Shown here piece by piece: positions 7,447 to 15,621 of a stretch of DNA of 41,975 nt (position 1 is its first letter; each line of letters begins with the position of its first letter). The notes beneath the pieces are model-generated. The model ran no database searches, was not told the DNA's origin, and saw nothing but the letters and a program-made list of their open reading frames with translations. A program made the position numbers and the translations under genes. This DNA is from Candidatus Enterousia sp. (GTDB taxonomy: Bacteria; Pseudomonadota; Alphaproteobacteria; Rs-D84), in assembly GCA_045648865.1 (NCBI GenBank), contig JAZROU010000011.1, positions 1 through 41,975 of the forward strand, read 5' to 3'.

Positions 7447-7723
7447 ACTATATAATCTACATGTTTTATTTGTAATTTGCAACAGCGGAGTTTTTTTATG
7501 TCCATCCAAATATTTGGTCCCATCAGATATAAAAATCACTTATTAAAATCTGGTATTTTTGACACACTCTCTGCGCCAACAATCACGCCTGTACAACAAA
7601 CGCTATGGCGGGAAATTTATTAATCAGGTAAAAAGAATTCTGATAAAAATATCTGCATGCTTTATACCTATACGCACATGGCGCGGCCGGTATCGAACAT
7701 ACATGCGAACCAGATTCATCGGA

Positions 7724-7749
7724 TAAAAAAACTGCCCCACATGGGGCAG
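7724..7749 (-). terminator. rho-independent terminator of the 7761..8348 OMP gene
   Basis: minus-strand CTGCCCC atgt GGGGCAG followed by tttttttt. Confidence 0.7.
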
Positions 7750-7760
7750 AAATCCCAGAT

Positions 7761-8348
7761 TTAAAACACGTATCGTGCCCCAACAGAAAATTCAGACATA
7801 GTATTTATCAAATCATTCCCCAGTGGTGTATATTGATATTGAATAATCGCAGCAACCCTGTCATACGGGAACGTGTACATCAAACCGATTCCAAAACGTG
7901 TACTGACGGTGTTATCAGACATCTCCTGCTGAAATTCATCCAGGTTATCAATATATTCGTATTTATTGTATATTTTGTAATTTGCAACACCAAAAGATGT
8001 AAAGAAATCAAAATTATCAGCAACCCCATAATAGCCATAAATATCAAATCCAAACGCCATATAATACAGTTCGTGATTTATTGCGCTGAACATATGAACA
8101 TATTCCAGTTCATTTGTCGAAGAATGTGAAAAGAATAATTCCACACCAAAATTTTTCCCAATCCGCGCCCCTGCATTAATTGTTGCCGAATAATAATTTT
8201 CATCTAATTCGGTATCCATTGTATAATCAGCAATATTCAATCCCGCATCAATACCCAAATAAGGTTTAAAATTATTATTGGTATAAATCCCAGCATACGC
8301 GTTAAACGAAAACACCCCAGCAAGCATAACAAATAAAATTTTTTTCAT
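7761..8348 (-). CDS. small outer-membrane beta-barrel protein (OmpA-like 8-strand/OMP_b-brl type)
   Basis: signal peptide MKKILFVMLAGVFSFNAYA, C-terminal ...FSVGARYVF; GGTGGGGAA SD before ATG 8348 (trimmed from 8360). Confidence 0.8.
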   Translation of the reverse strand: MKKILFVMLAGVFSFNAYAGIYTNNNFKPYLGIDAGLNIADYTMDTELDENYYSATINAGARIGKNFGVELFFSHSSTNELEYVHMFSAINHELYYMAFGFDIYGYYGVADNFDFFTSFGVANYKIYNKYEYIDNLDEFQQEMSDNTVSTRFGIGLMYTFPYDRVAAIIQYQYTPLGNDLINTMSEFSVGARYVF

Positions 8349-8472
8349 ATTCCCCACCATTCATTACAAAGATAATTTTATTAAACCCCAAAATAAAAGG
8401 CAATGGTAATATTTGCTTCTGGTGACGATTGCTACAATAAAAAACACCCCATGTGGGGCATTTTTTTTAAAC

Positions 8473-8549
<77 letters not shown>

Positions 8550-8562
8550 ATAAGGTGTGCTT

Positions 8563-8590
8563 ATTATATACTTTTTATGACAATAGTCAA
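8563..8590 (-). promoter_or_regulatory. promoter of tRNA-fMet: TTGACT-16-TATAAT
   Basis: minus-strand TTGACT (8590..8585), 16-nt spacer, TATAAT (8568..8563), 13 nt before the mature 5' end. Confidence 0.65.
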
Positions 8591-8636
8591 ACAAAAAAAA
8601 TTCACACGCATTTTTAGACGATATTCCTAGTCTTTC

Positions 8637-8665
8637 TTGAATTATGTATTTTTTATTGCTAAGAT
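8637..8665 (+). promoter_or_regulatory. candidate promoter TTGAAT-17-TAAGAT for the DUF374-lpxK-lpxC operon
   Basis: TTGAAT 8637..8642, 17-nt spacer, TAAGAT 8660..8665. Confidence 0.5.
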
Positions 8666-8694
8666 TCTGGCATGATTAAATCAAAGGTTATATC

Positions 8695-9495
8695 GTGTTA
8701 AAAAATAAAACATTCAGAAAACTGTGGAAAGGTTTTTGGGAACCAATACTGTCGCTGGGGATTTTTCAGTGGATTATTGCTATTTTCATGGCTATTCCGA
8801 TTTGGTTTGCATACTTTACATCTGTCAAACGCATAACAAACATAGAAACATTCTATAAATATCGTAAAAAACCGGCTATTTTTGTATTCTGGCATGGTCG
8901 CAGTTTGATGTTAAGCCCGATTATTTGCCTGGGTGGCATGCGCGCATACGCCGTGGCCAGTCGCCACAAAGACGGTCGAATGATGGCAAAATTGCAACAT
9001 TTATTTGGTTTGCGTGCCATATACGGTTCTTCGCACAAGGGGGGTGTATCTGTTCTGCGTGCTGGTCTGCGTGTATTGGCCCGTGGCGATCATGGTATTT
9101 GCATGTCGCCAGATGGCCCTGGCGGCCCATCACTGCGTGTCCAAGACGGTGCACTGTATTTTGCAAAGATGTCTGGCGCCCCAATCATACCTGTATGTTT
9201 CAGTGCCAAACGCGCCTGGATTCAAGATAGATGGGATAAATATTTACTGGCCCTGCCATTTAACAAAATAACCTGCAATGTTGGCAATCCTGTATTTGTT
9301 CCTAAACGCGCCACCACCCAAGAATTTGAAAAAATCAGAAAAGACCTGGAAGATTTCATGGTTGCACAAATGCGTGAACTGGACGCGGAATTTGGCCTGC
9401 CACACATTGAACAAGATTTAACCGCATCTGAATACAAACGCAAAAAACGCGAACAGATTGAAAACAACAAGAAAAACAAAAAAGGAAAAAAATGA
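8695..9495 (+). CDS. DUF374 / lysophospholipid-acyltransferase-superfamily protein commonly linked to Kdo/lipid A genes
   Basis: FVFWHGRSLM, SRHKDGRMMAKLQHLFGLRAIYGSS, MSPDGPGGP, GAPIIPV, RWDKYLLALPF blocks; GTG start with AAAGG SD. Confidence 0.8.
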   Translation: MLKNKTFRKLWKGFWEPILSLGIFQWIIAIFMAIPIWFAYFTSVKRITNIETFYKYRKKPAIFVFWHGRSLMLSPIICLGGMRAYAVASRHKDGRMMAKLQHLFGLRAIYGSSHKGGVSVLRAGLRVLARGDHGICMSPDGPGGPSLRVQDGALYFAKMSGAPIIPVCFSAKRAWIQDRWDKYLLALPFNKITCNVGNPVFVPKRATTQEFEKIRKDLEDFMVAQMRELDAEFGLPHIEQDLTASEYKRKKREQIENNKKNKKGKK

Positions 9496-10394
9496 AAACC
9501 CCATGGTGGTTTCTTAGCAAAAATCCCGTATCCATATTACTGGTACCAATTTCATGGCTGTATTACAGCGCCAGTTGTATTGTGCATTTTTTACGCGGTT
9601 TTAAACCACTAAAATCACGTCGAAAAATCATCTGTGTTGGCAACATACTTGCCGGTGGTGTTGGCAAAACCCCGATTGTACGTGCAATTGCGAACATGTA
9701 TGGTGCCCCTGTTGTAATGCGCGGATACAAGGGCAACGCCAAAACCGGCAACATTGGCGACGAAGCCACAATGTTATCACGCACAGGTTTGGCCGTACAC
9801 GTTGGCGACAGAAAAAGCAACATAATTTTACTGAACAAACAAACCGACACCGGTCCAATTATAATGGACGATGGCCTGCAAAATCCGACAATTAAAAAAG
9901 ACATTTCAATAATGGTATTTGACCAAGGTCTGGGATACGGCAATGGCCTGATGTTACCGGCCGGTCCGCTGCGCCAACCAAAGCGTATGGTTAAACGTGC
10001 AGACGCCGTGATTATCATAAAAAATGATAAACCCAAAAAGAAATTCAATCTGCCTGTTGGCGTTCCTGTATTTTATGCAAAAAATCAGACCACATCACCA
10101 TATGACGAAGACGAACGTCTGGTTGCATTTGCGGGCATTGGTTATCCAAAAAAATTCTTTTCATCCCTAAAAAACGTTGTTTCACGTCGCAGTTTTCCAG
10201 ATCATTATCAATATACAACCCAGGATTTAGAAAAACTTATATCCCTGGCTGAAAAGAAGCATGCCAAATTAATCACTACTGAAAAAGATTGGGTACGCCT
10301 GCCGATTGAAATACGCGATCAAATAAAATATGCCAGACTGGACACAGTTATTGAAAACACATTTTGGGACTGGCTAAAGGAGAAAATAAAATGA
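9492..10394 (+). CDS. lpxK: tetraacyldisaccharide 4'-kinase
   Basis: P-loop VGNILAGGVGKTP, DDGLQN block, size 300 aa; ATGA overlap with upstream gene. Confidence 0.9.
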   Translation: MKTPWWFLSKNPVSILLVPISWLYYSASCIVHFLRGFKPLKSRRKIICVGNILAGGVGKTPIVRAIANMYGAPVVMRGYKGNAKTGNIGDEATMLSRTGLAVHVGDRKSNIILLNKQTDTGPIIMDDGLQNPTIKKDISIMVFDQGLGYGNGLMLPAGPLRQPKRMVKRADAVIIIKNDKPKKKFNLPVGVPVFYAKNQTTSPYDEDERLVAFAGIGYPKKFFSSLKNVVSRRSFPDHYQYTTQDLEKLISLAEKKHAKLITTEKDWVRLPIEIRDQIKYARLDTVIENTFWDWLKEKIK

Positions 10395-11329
10395 CGACAC
10401 TGAAAAAAGCAGTCAAAATATCTGGTGTTGGTATTCATTCTGGTGCGCCTGTGGACATCATTGTAAAGCCATCAGAAAATCCTGGGATATATTTTCATCG
10501 TGTTGACATTGCTGGGTCTGAATTAATTCCTGCGACATTCGACAATGTTGGCGAAACCAAGATGCGCAACACAACCATTGGCGACAAAGACGGTGCCCAT
10601 GTCCAAACAATTGAACATTTAATGGCCGGGCTGTTTATATCCGGCATAGACAGTGCAATTATTGAAATCAACGGACCTGAAACACCAATCCTGGACGGCA
10701 GTGCCGCGCAATTTATTTCTGAATTTGACCGGGTGGGCAAAACCCCGGGTAAATTGAAAAAAATTATTGTAAAAAAACCTGTAATTGCCCATTCCCGCGA
10801 AATTTTACGCGACCTACCACTGTTTACCAGATTCAAGATATGGTTATTCAACACAATATCTGGTCGTAAAAATAATGGATTTGTAAAACTATCACCAAAC
10901 GATGGCACACGCCTAGAAATTACTGCGACATTAATATATCCAGAAAAGATAATTGGCAATCAAACATATAAATACACATTTGATTCAACACCTGAATCTG
11001 TTTCTGATTTTACGCGCAACATTGCCCGCGCCCGAACATTTGGAAAATATTCAGAATGGGAATACCTGAAAAAGCGTGGCATGGGTCGTGGTGCAAATGA
11101 AAACAATGTTATCGCATTAAATGACACGGGTGACGGGACACTGAACGAAACAATTTGGCCTGATGAATTTGTACGTCATAAAATTATTGATGCACTTGGC
11201 GACATGTACACATCTGGTGGTTTTATATGTGGATCACTGGAATCGTACAAAGGCAGTCATGCCTTAAACAATTTAATTTTGAAAAAATTGTTCAGCAACC
11301 CTGACAATTATGATATAATCGACGGGTAA
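10391..11329 (+). CDS. lpxC: UDP-3-O-acyl-N-acetylglucosamine deacetylase
   Basis: TLKKAVKISGVGIHSGAPV N-terminus, TIEHLMAGL, ILDGSA, HKIIDALGD blocks; AAGGAG SD, ATGA overlap with lpxK stop; start trimmed from 10364. Confidence 0.9.
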   Translation: MTTLKKAVKISGVGIHSGAPVDIIVKPSENPGIYFHRVDIAGSELIPATFDNVGETKMRNTTIGDKDGAHVQTIEHLMAGLFISGIDSAIIEINGPETPILDGSAAQFISEFDRVGKTPGKLKKIIVKKPVIAHSREILRDLPLFTRFKIWLFNTISGRKNNGFVKLSPNDGTRLEITATLIYPEKIIGNQTYKYTFDSTPESVSDFTRNIARARTFGKYSEWEYLKKRGMGRGANENNVIALNDTGDGTLNETIWPDEFVRHKIIDALGDMYTSGGFICGSLESYKGSHALNNLILKKLFSNPDNYDIIDG

Positions 11330-11348
11330 ATCACAAGGGGGGACATAT

Positions 11349-11765
11349 ATGAAGAAATTTTTTGCATTATTTGCTGTTTTATTGTCTGTCACCGCATGCA
11401 GCAACATGATTAAGAACGAAAACAACAGTCAATATTTGGTTCAGCTTGATTCCGAACCAATTGGTTGTACATTCTTATACAAACTTGAATCCGAGGTTTC
11501 CGTCTACGCCGCCGAAGATGCCCGCAGATATCTGGAAAACCGCATCGCAGACCAGGCCCGTCCCGGCAACGCATACTGGATAACCAGTCAACGGACCAAG
11601 CCAAACGAATGGGTAATATTTGGTCCCGAACGTGCATTTGTATTGGTTGCAAACGTATATGATTGCCCACACCAAAATAATATCAGAACCGCCCGTGACG
11701 GTGGTCCTGCGACCGTATCTGTACAATCTGTATCAAATGGTTGTACATACGGAACATGCCAATAA
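11349..11765 (+). CDS. hypothetical lipoprotein, 138 aa
   Basis: lipobox LLSVTAC after MKKFFALFAV; AAGGGGGG SD; terminator downstream. Confidence 0.7.
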   Translation: MKKFFALFAVLLSVTACSNMIKNENNSQYLVQLDSEPIGCTFLYKLESEVSVYAAEDARRYLENRIADQARPGNAYWITSQRTKPNEWVIFGPERAFVLVANVYDCPHQNNIRTARDGGPATVSVQSVSNGCTYGTCQ

Positions 11766-11797
11766 AAAAAGTCCCATGATTCTGGGACTTTTTTTTA
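11764..11797. terminator. bidirectional rho-independent terminator between convergent genes
   Basis: A-run, AGTCCCA tgattc TGGGACT, T-run. Confidence 0.7.
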
Positions 11798-11810
11798 TTT
11801 AAAAATTAAT

Positions 11811-12422
11811 TTATTTAAAACATTTTTTTAAATCATCACCTGATTCAACATCATCTATTTTTTTATTACGAATTTCTTGTGCAGCGGCTATTTTCTGTTT
11901 TATTAAAATCAGTTCAGGATGTGATTGTAACTCACTGTTCATTACATTTATAATATCATCGATATCATCACGTGATTTAACAAATCGTGGCATAACAGAT
12001 TGCGCTGCACTGTAAACAGCCATTTGTAAATCACCCTTTAAATCATCAATTACAGACAGATATGTTTTTATATGCATATCTTCATGATTTAATATTGCAT
12101 TAAACGCACATGAATTTGGTTGATGTCTGATATCGATATGCACGACAAAGTCACTGTATCCAACGACACAATTTACATATTTTAATCCGACACAATATCC
12201 CCCATTGACTGGATTTACATCTGCATTTATTTGATAATTATCAACCAGCGTCGCCACAACATTACCATGCCACAAATTCATTTGTTCATGTGGTTGAACG
12301 ACTGTCTTTGACCAATCTGGTGTATTGATATAAACCCCTGGAATTTTTTTAAATTGCAAACAATCTGCCGCCACACATGGCCACCCCATCAAAAACAAAG
12401 TGCCCCAGACTAAAATTCGCAT
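11811..12422 (-). CDS. secreted hypothetical protein, 203 aa, with HExxH motif (HEDMH); possibly DUF922-like Zn-protease fold; helical C-terminal half
   Basis: N-terminal hydrophobic signal MRILVWGTLFLMGWPCVAA; HEDMH encoded at 12086..12072; start ATG shares one nt with the virB4 stop (TAATG). Confidence 0.6.
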   Translation of the reverse strand: MRILVWGTLFLMGWPCVAADCLQFKKIPGVYINTPDWSKTVVQPHEQMNLWHGNVVATLVDNYQINADVNPVNGGYCVGLKYVNCVVGYSDFVVHIDIRHQPNSCAFNAILNHEDMHIKTYLSVIDDLKGDLQMAVYSAAQSVMPRFVKSRDDIDDIINVMNSELQSHPELILIKQKIAAAQEIRNKKIDDVESGDDLKKCFK

Positions 12423-14854
12423 TAATCGGCCGCCCCTTGTTTTTTCAGGTATTCATTAACAAAATTATTACCATACATTTTGTACAATTCTTCGGCCAAC
12501 AGCACCGACGAACGTCCTGATTCAAACAGTCTTAATAAATTCCCCAAACCACCCAGTTCTGTATTTAAAATCACAGATTCACCATTAACCGGCCGCGACA
12601 GCAACACCGCGCGCTTCAAATTTGGATATGCCTTGCCCTGGATGAACGCCATTTCTAATGGGTTTAAATTCCAGTGTGCATAATCTGACGCATCTGCGGC
12701 CGGGTTTCGGAAAAACATAACTGTCTGTGCCTGGCCACGCACAACATCACCCACCCCTAATTTATCCAGCACATTTGCACGTTGGAATGCAACCATATAT
12801 GCCTGGCGATTTTTACGTCCTTCTTGTAATCCTGTAATAAAGTTATCACGGAACATTTTGTTTTCCAGCATTGGTGCAGTTTCGTCAATCATAATCAACG
12901 ATGGGTTTCCACCTGACACAGTAATATTGTTAATTCTGTGTAATATATATGAAATTACCGCCGGGGACAAAACCTGGTCGTTTAAAATATCTGTAAAATC
13001 GAATGTTGTCAGACGCGAATGCAAATCCAGTGTATCTGATACTTCGTTAAACATATCACCATATTGCAATGGGTCGACCCATTTTTTCAGTGCCGCGCGC
13101 ATATTTCCGGACGACGAAAAACAACTTTCCCACAAATTTTTCAACATCCTGTCATTATCGTTCAAGTAATCAAAATTCACCGACACAGCGCGCGCAATTT
13201 CATCTGCGGACGCGGCATCACTTTGCCCTGAAATAATTGCGAACCACCGCCGCAAGAACGCACGATTCACTGCGGAATCCGGCATTTTCAGCGGATTTAA
13301 ATGGGTCAAGAAAGTCTGTTCCATCGGATCAGATTTTTTTTCTTTTCCATGCATTGTGATATACTTTCCACCGACCGCCAATGTAAAGATTTCCGCCCCT
13401 TTGTTTCTGTCGAAAAAGAACGCCTTTAACTTTGGGTGACGCAAACTTTGCGCAATCAAAAATGAAAACAGTGTTGTCTTACCACCACCTGTCGGTCCGA
13501 TTGTCAACGTATGTCCAACAGCCGCCGGTTTATCCGACACATGAAATTGGAATTGATACGGCGTCCCCTGCGCGGTTGGGAACACCACCAGTGGCCCTGG
13601 CCCCCAGTCTGAATTTTCAACACCGCGTGGCTGACTTGACATTGGAATTGAAATTGCCGCCGCCCGTGATAACAATTTAAAACTGCGTGGAAAAACATTA
13701 AATCCTGGAATTTGTGCGAACCACGAAACCTTGGACGCAAATGTTTCAACAACAGGCGAAATACCAAATTGCGCTGCAATCTTTCTAAATTCATCAACAT
13801 ATTTTTGCAAATCTTCAATTGTTGCACCAAACAAAACAAACAATGGATAGTAATCAACCAAGCTTTGGTTACCGCTAACATTTTCATCCATTGCGACCTG
13901 GGCCTGTGAAATTTGTGATTCTGTTGACTGTGCCTTTTCTTCTTCTGCGGTTGAACGTTTTCTTCTTATTGTATTTTCGACATCTGCGGCCTTCATTATA
14001 TGAAAACCATTCATAGTAATCATTTCTGTCTGAATTGTCGACACAGTATCAAAGAATTCTTCATCCAGATAATCCGGCGAAATTTTAAATGACACACATG
14101 CTGCAAACGATTGATTTCCACCGCTGATATACCGCACAACGCCATCATTCAAGAATTCCACATCATCAACCGTTGTTAATTTTGCGATATTATTATCTGC
14201 GCGTTTTGGCATTGGTTTTGAAATTGGCGACAAAATCCGTCCAAAGAAACGTGCCATATTATCTGGACTGTCATTTTTCAACACCACCGGTTTATATGGG
14301 GCCAGTATTGATTCAATATAATTACCATATTGATTCAGTTTTGCCCGCGCATCCCCCCCTGCAACGGACAACACAATATAATAATTATTCAAGAAAATCT
14401 TTAATCCCTGTCCGCGCCATTTATTATATATACGCTGCAACGTGGGCTGATCGAATTCATAATTTGTATTTTCATCTGCCGCGTCACGTATCATATAGAA
14501 CCGCAGAACAACACCTGAATCACGAATTTGATTAAACAATTGCGCCCGCAAATCCAAGAATTTTTCTTTTGCCGCATCATCCTGCATACTGGTCTGCAAT
14601 CCTGCAACCCTGTACACACGAATTAAACTGCCATCGGTCAGCTGCATAGAATTATCATTATATACCGTACTGAACGGCAAATAGTTTGAATATTTTGCAT
14701 AACCAAATTTAGGAAAAATCCTACGATTTAAAACCGGCACATACATTACCAGTATTAAAAACACACACAAAGACGCCAACACCAAAACAGTTAAAGTAAT
14801 TGGGAAAACACCACCTGCAAAATATTCAAAAAATTCATTTAACTGATGTATCAT
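12422..14854 (-). CDS. virB4: type IV secretion system ATPase VirB4 (CagE/TrbE family)
   Basis: 810 aa; Walker A GPTGGGKTT, IMIDETAPML Walker B region, N-terminal region ...LPFSTVYNDNSMQLTDGSLIRVYRVAGL typical of VirB4. Confidence 0.9.
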   Translation of the reverse strand: MIHQLNEFFEYFAGGVFPITLTVLVLASLCVFLILVMYVPVLNRRIFPKFGYAKYSNYLPFSTVYNDNSMQLTDGSLIRVYRVAGLQTSMQDDAAKEKFLDLRAQLFNQIRDSGVVLRFYMIRDAADENTNYEFDQPTLQRIYNKWRGQGLKIFLNNYYIVLSVAGGDARAKLNQYGNYIESILAPYKPVVLKNDSPDNMARFFGRILSPISKPMPKRADNNIAKLTTVDDVEFLNDGVVRYISGGNQSFAACVSFKISPDYLDEEFFDTVSTIQTEMITMNGFHIMKAADVENTIRRKRSTAEEEKAQSTESQISQAQVAMDENVSGNQSLVDYYPLFVLFGATIEDLQKYVDEFRKIAAQFGISPVVETFASKVSWFAQIPGFNVFPRSFKLLSRAAAISIPMSSQPRGVENSDWGPGPLVVFPTAQGTPYQFQFHVSDKPAAVGHTLTIGPTGGGKTTLFSFLIAQSLRHPKLKAFFFDRNKGAEIFTLAVGGKYITMHGKEKKSDPMEQTFLTHLNPLKMPDSAVNRAFLRRWFAIISGQSDAASADEIARAVSVNFDYLNDNDRMLKNLWESCFSSSGNMRAALKKWVDPLQYGDMFNEVSDTLDLHSRLTTFDFTDILNDQVLSPAVISYILHRINNITVSGGNPSLIMIDETAPMLENKMFRDNFITGLQEGRKNRQAYMVAFQRANVLDKLGVGDVVRGQAQTVMFFRNPAADASDYAHWNLNPLEMAFIQGKAYPNLKRAVLLSRPVNGESVILNTELGGLGNLLRLFESGRSSVLLAEELYKMYGNNFVNEYLKKQGAAD

Positions 14855-15147
14855 GCTGCCAATTTTCCTGGTATTTTACGTTTTAATAGTTGTAATTTTG
14901 CGGTAACAATCTGTCCCAATTGCGGGTCACGCTTTGAAAATATTGCGATTATCATATGAACAATTATAACCGACACTAAAAAATATAGCGGTTGCACTGG
15001 CCTAGTGCCCTTGGTAACAACCACAGAAATAACAAATACAACAATCCAAATCAAGAATTGAACAAGAAAATTTAACACGGCCAACGAATAAGGCACATAA
15101 AAAATATGCGCCGGGTTTGCCAATGCTTTTAATACTTGCTGTTTCAT
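14851..15147 (-). CDS. virB3: type IV secretion system protein VirB3
   Basis: 98 aa, two hydrophobic helices, LANPAHIFYVPYS and SKRDPQLGQIV blocks; ATGA overlap with virB4; GGAAAGAG SD. Confidence 0.8.
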   Translation of the reverse strand: MKQQVLKALANPAHIFYVPYSLAVLNFLVQFLIWIVVFVISVVVTKGTRPVQPLYFLVSVIIVHMIIAIFSKRDPQLGQIVTAKLQLLKRKIPGKLAA

Positions 15148-15168
15148 TCTCTTTCCGTCCTGTTGATA

Positions 15169-15197
15169 ATTATAACAATTTCAACAATTTTCAACAA
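15169..15197 (-). promoter_or_regulatory. candidate virB3 promoter TTGTTG-17-TGtTATAAT
   Basis: minus-strand TTGTTG (15197..15192), 17-nt spacer, extended -10 TGtTATAAT (-10 hexamer 15174..15169), 21 nt with SD before ATG 15147. Confidence 0.45.
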
Positions 15198-15372
15198 GCA
15201 TAAAAAGCCCAGAACTTATTTTTGTTAAAACTGTTAAAAACCTATCCCCTTTTCAACTGTTAATTATTTTGTTAAATTTTCAACAATTTCGTAAAAAGTC
15301 GGGAAAACCTGGCAAATAATTGTTGAAAACCTGTTAATAAAAAACTAAAAACTGTTTTCAACACTTTCAACC
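15178..15372. repeat. array of TTTTCAACA-type 9-mers (six direct, one inverted) interleaved with CTGTTAA/TGTTAA words
   Basis: TTTCAACA 15179..15186; TTTTCAACA 15188..15196, 15277..15285, 15355..15363; TTTTCAACT 15250..15258; TTTCAACC 15365..15372; inverted TGTTGAAAA 15321..15329; CTGTTAA at 15231, 15257, 15331. Confidence 0.8.
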
Positions 15373-15407
15373 ACCCCTACTACAACTACTAATAAATAAT
15401 ATATTAT

Positions 15408-15435
15408 TTGATTTTTAAAAAAATATGTTTATAAT
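15408..15435 (+). promoter_or_regulatory. rpmJ promoter TTGATT-16-TATAAT
   Basis: TTGATT 15408..15413, 16-nt spacer, TATAAT 15430..15435; AAAAAGGA SD then ATG 15459. Confidence 0.55.
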
Positions 15436-15458
15436 CGCCTTGTAAAAAGGATTAAGAC

Positions 15459-15593
15459 ATGAAATTTTTAAGTTCATTAAAGGCTTGGAAGAAACGCGGT
15501 AATGTAAAACAGATCCGTCGTGGCAAACAGGTTATCTTGATCGACCCTAACAACCCAAAATTCAAAGCAAAACAGGGTTTCAAGAAAAAATAA
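15459..15593 (+). CDS. rpmJ: 50S ribosomal protein L36, Cys-free long form (44 aa); missed by the ORF track
   Basis: MKFLSSLKAWKKRGNVKQIRRGKQVILIDPNNPKFKAKQGFKKK matches the alphaproteobacterial MK..SLK....R......RR.G...I.....P.FKARQG pattern. Confidence 0.85.
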   Translation: MKFLSSLKAWKKRGNVKQIRRGKQVILIDPNNPKFKAKQGFKKK

Positions 15594-15598
15594 AAATT

Positions 15599-15621
15599 CC
15601 GCCGATTGGCGGTTTTTTTTT
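15599..15621. terminator. bidirectional terminator shared by rpmJ and sspB
   Basis: CCGCC gatt GGCGG followed by a 9-nt T-run; the sspB stop lies in the T-run. Confidence 0.65.

Noticed and set aside
7498-7623. 41-aa plus-strand ORF preceded by GGAG and 7 nt, in the spacer upstream of the RgpF-like gene
   Set aside because: There is no convincing promoter or terminator and the peptide is featureless. It overlaps the possible N-terminal extension of the RgpF-like ORF. I kept it only as a note.
15221-15275. CtrA-type TTAA-N7-TTAA sites in the virB3-rpmJ spacer
   Set aside because: The TTAA pairs present are spaced by 5 nt (15225/15234) and 8 nt (15260/15272), not 7, so I do not call CtrA boxes.
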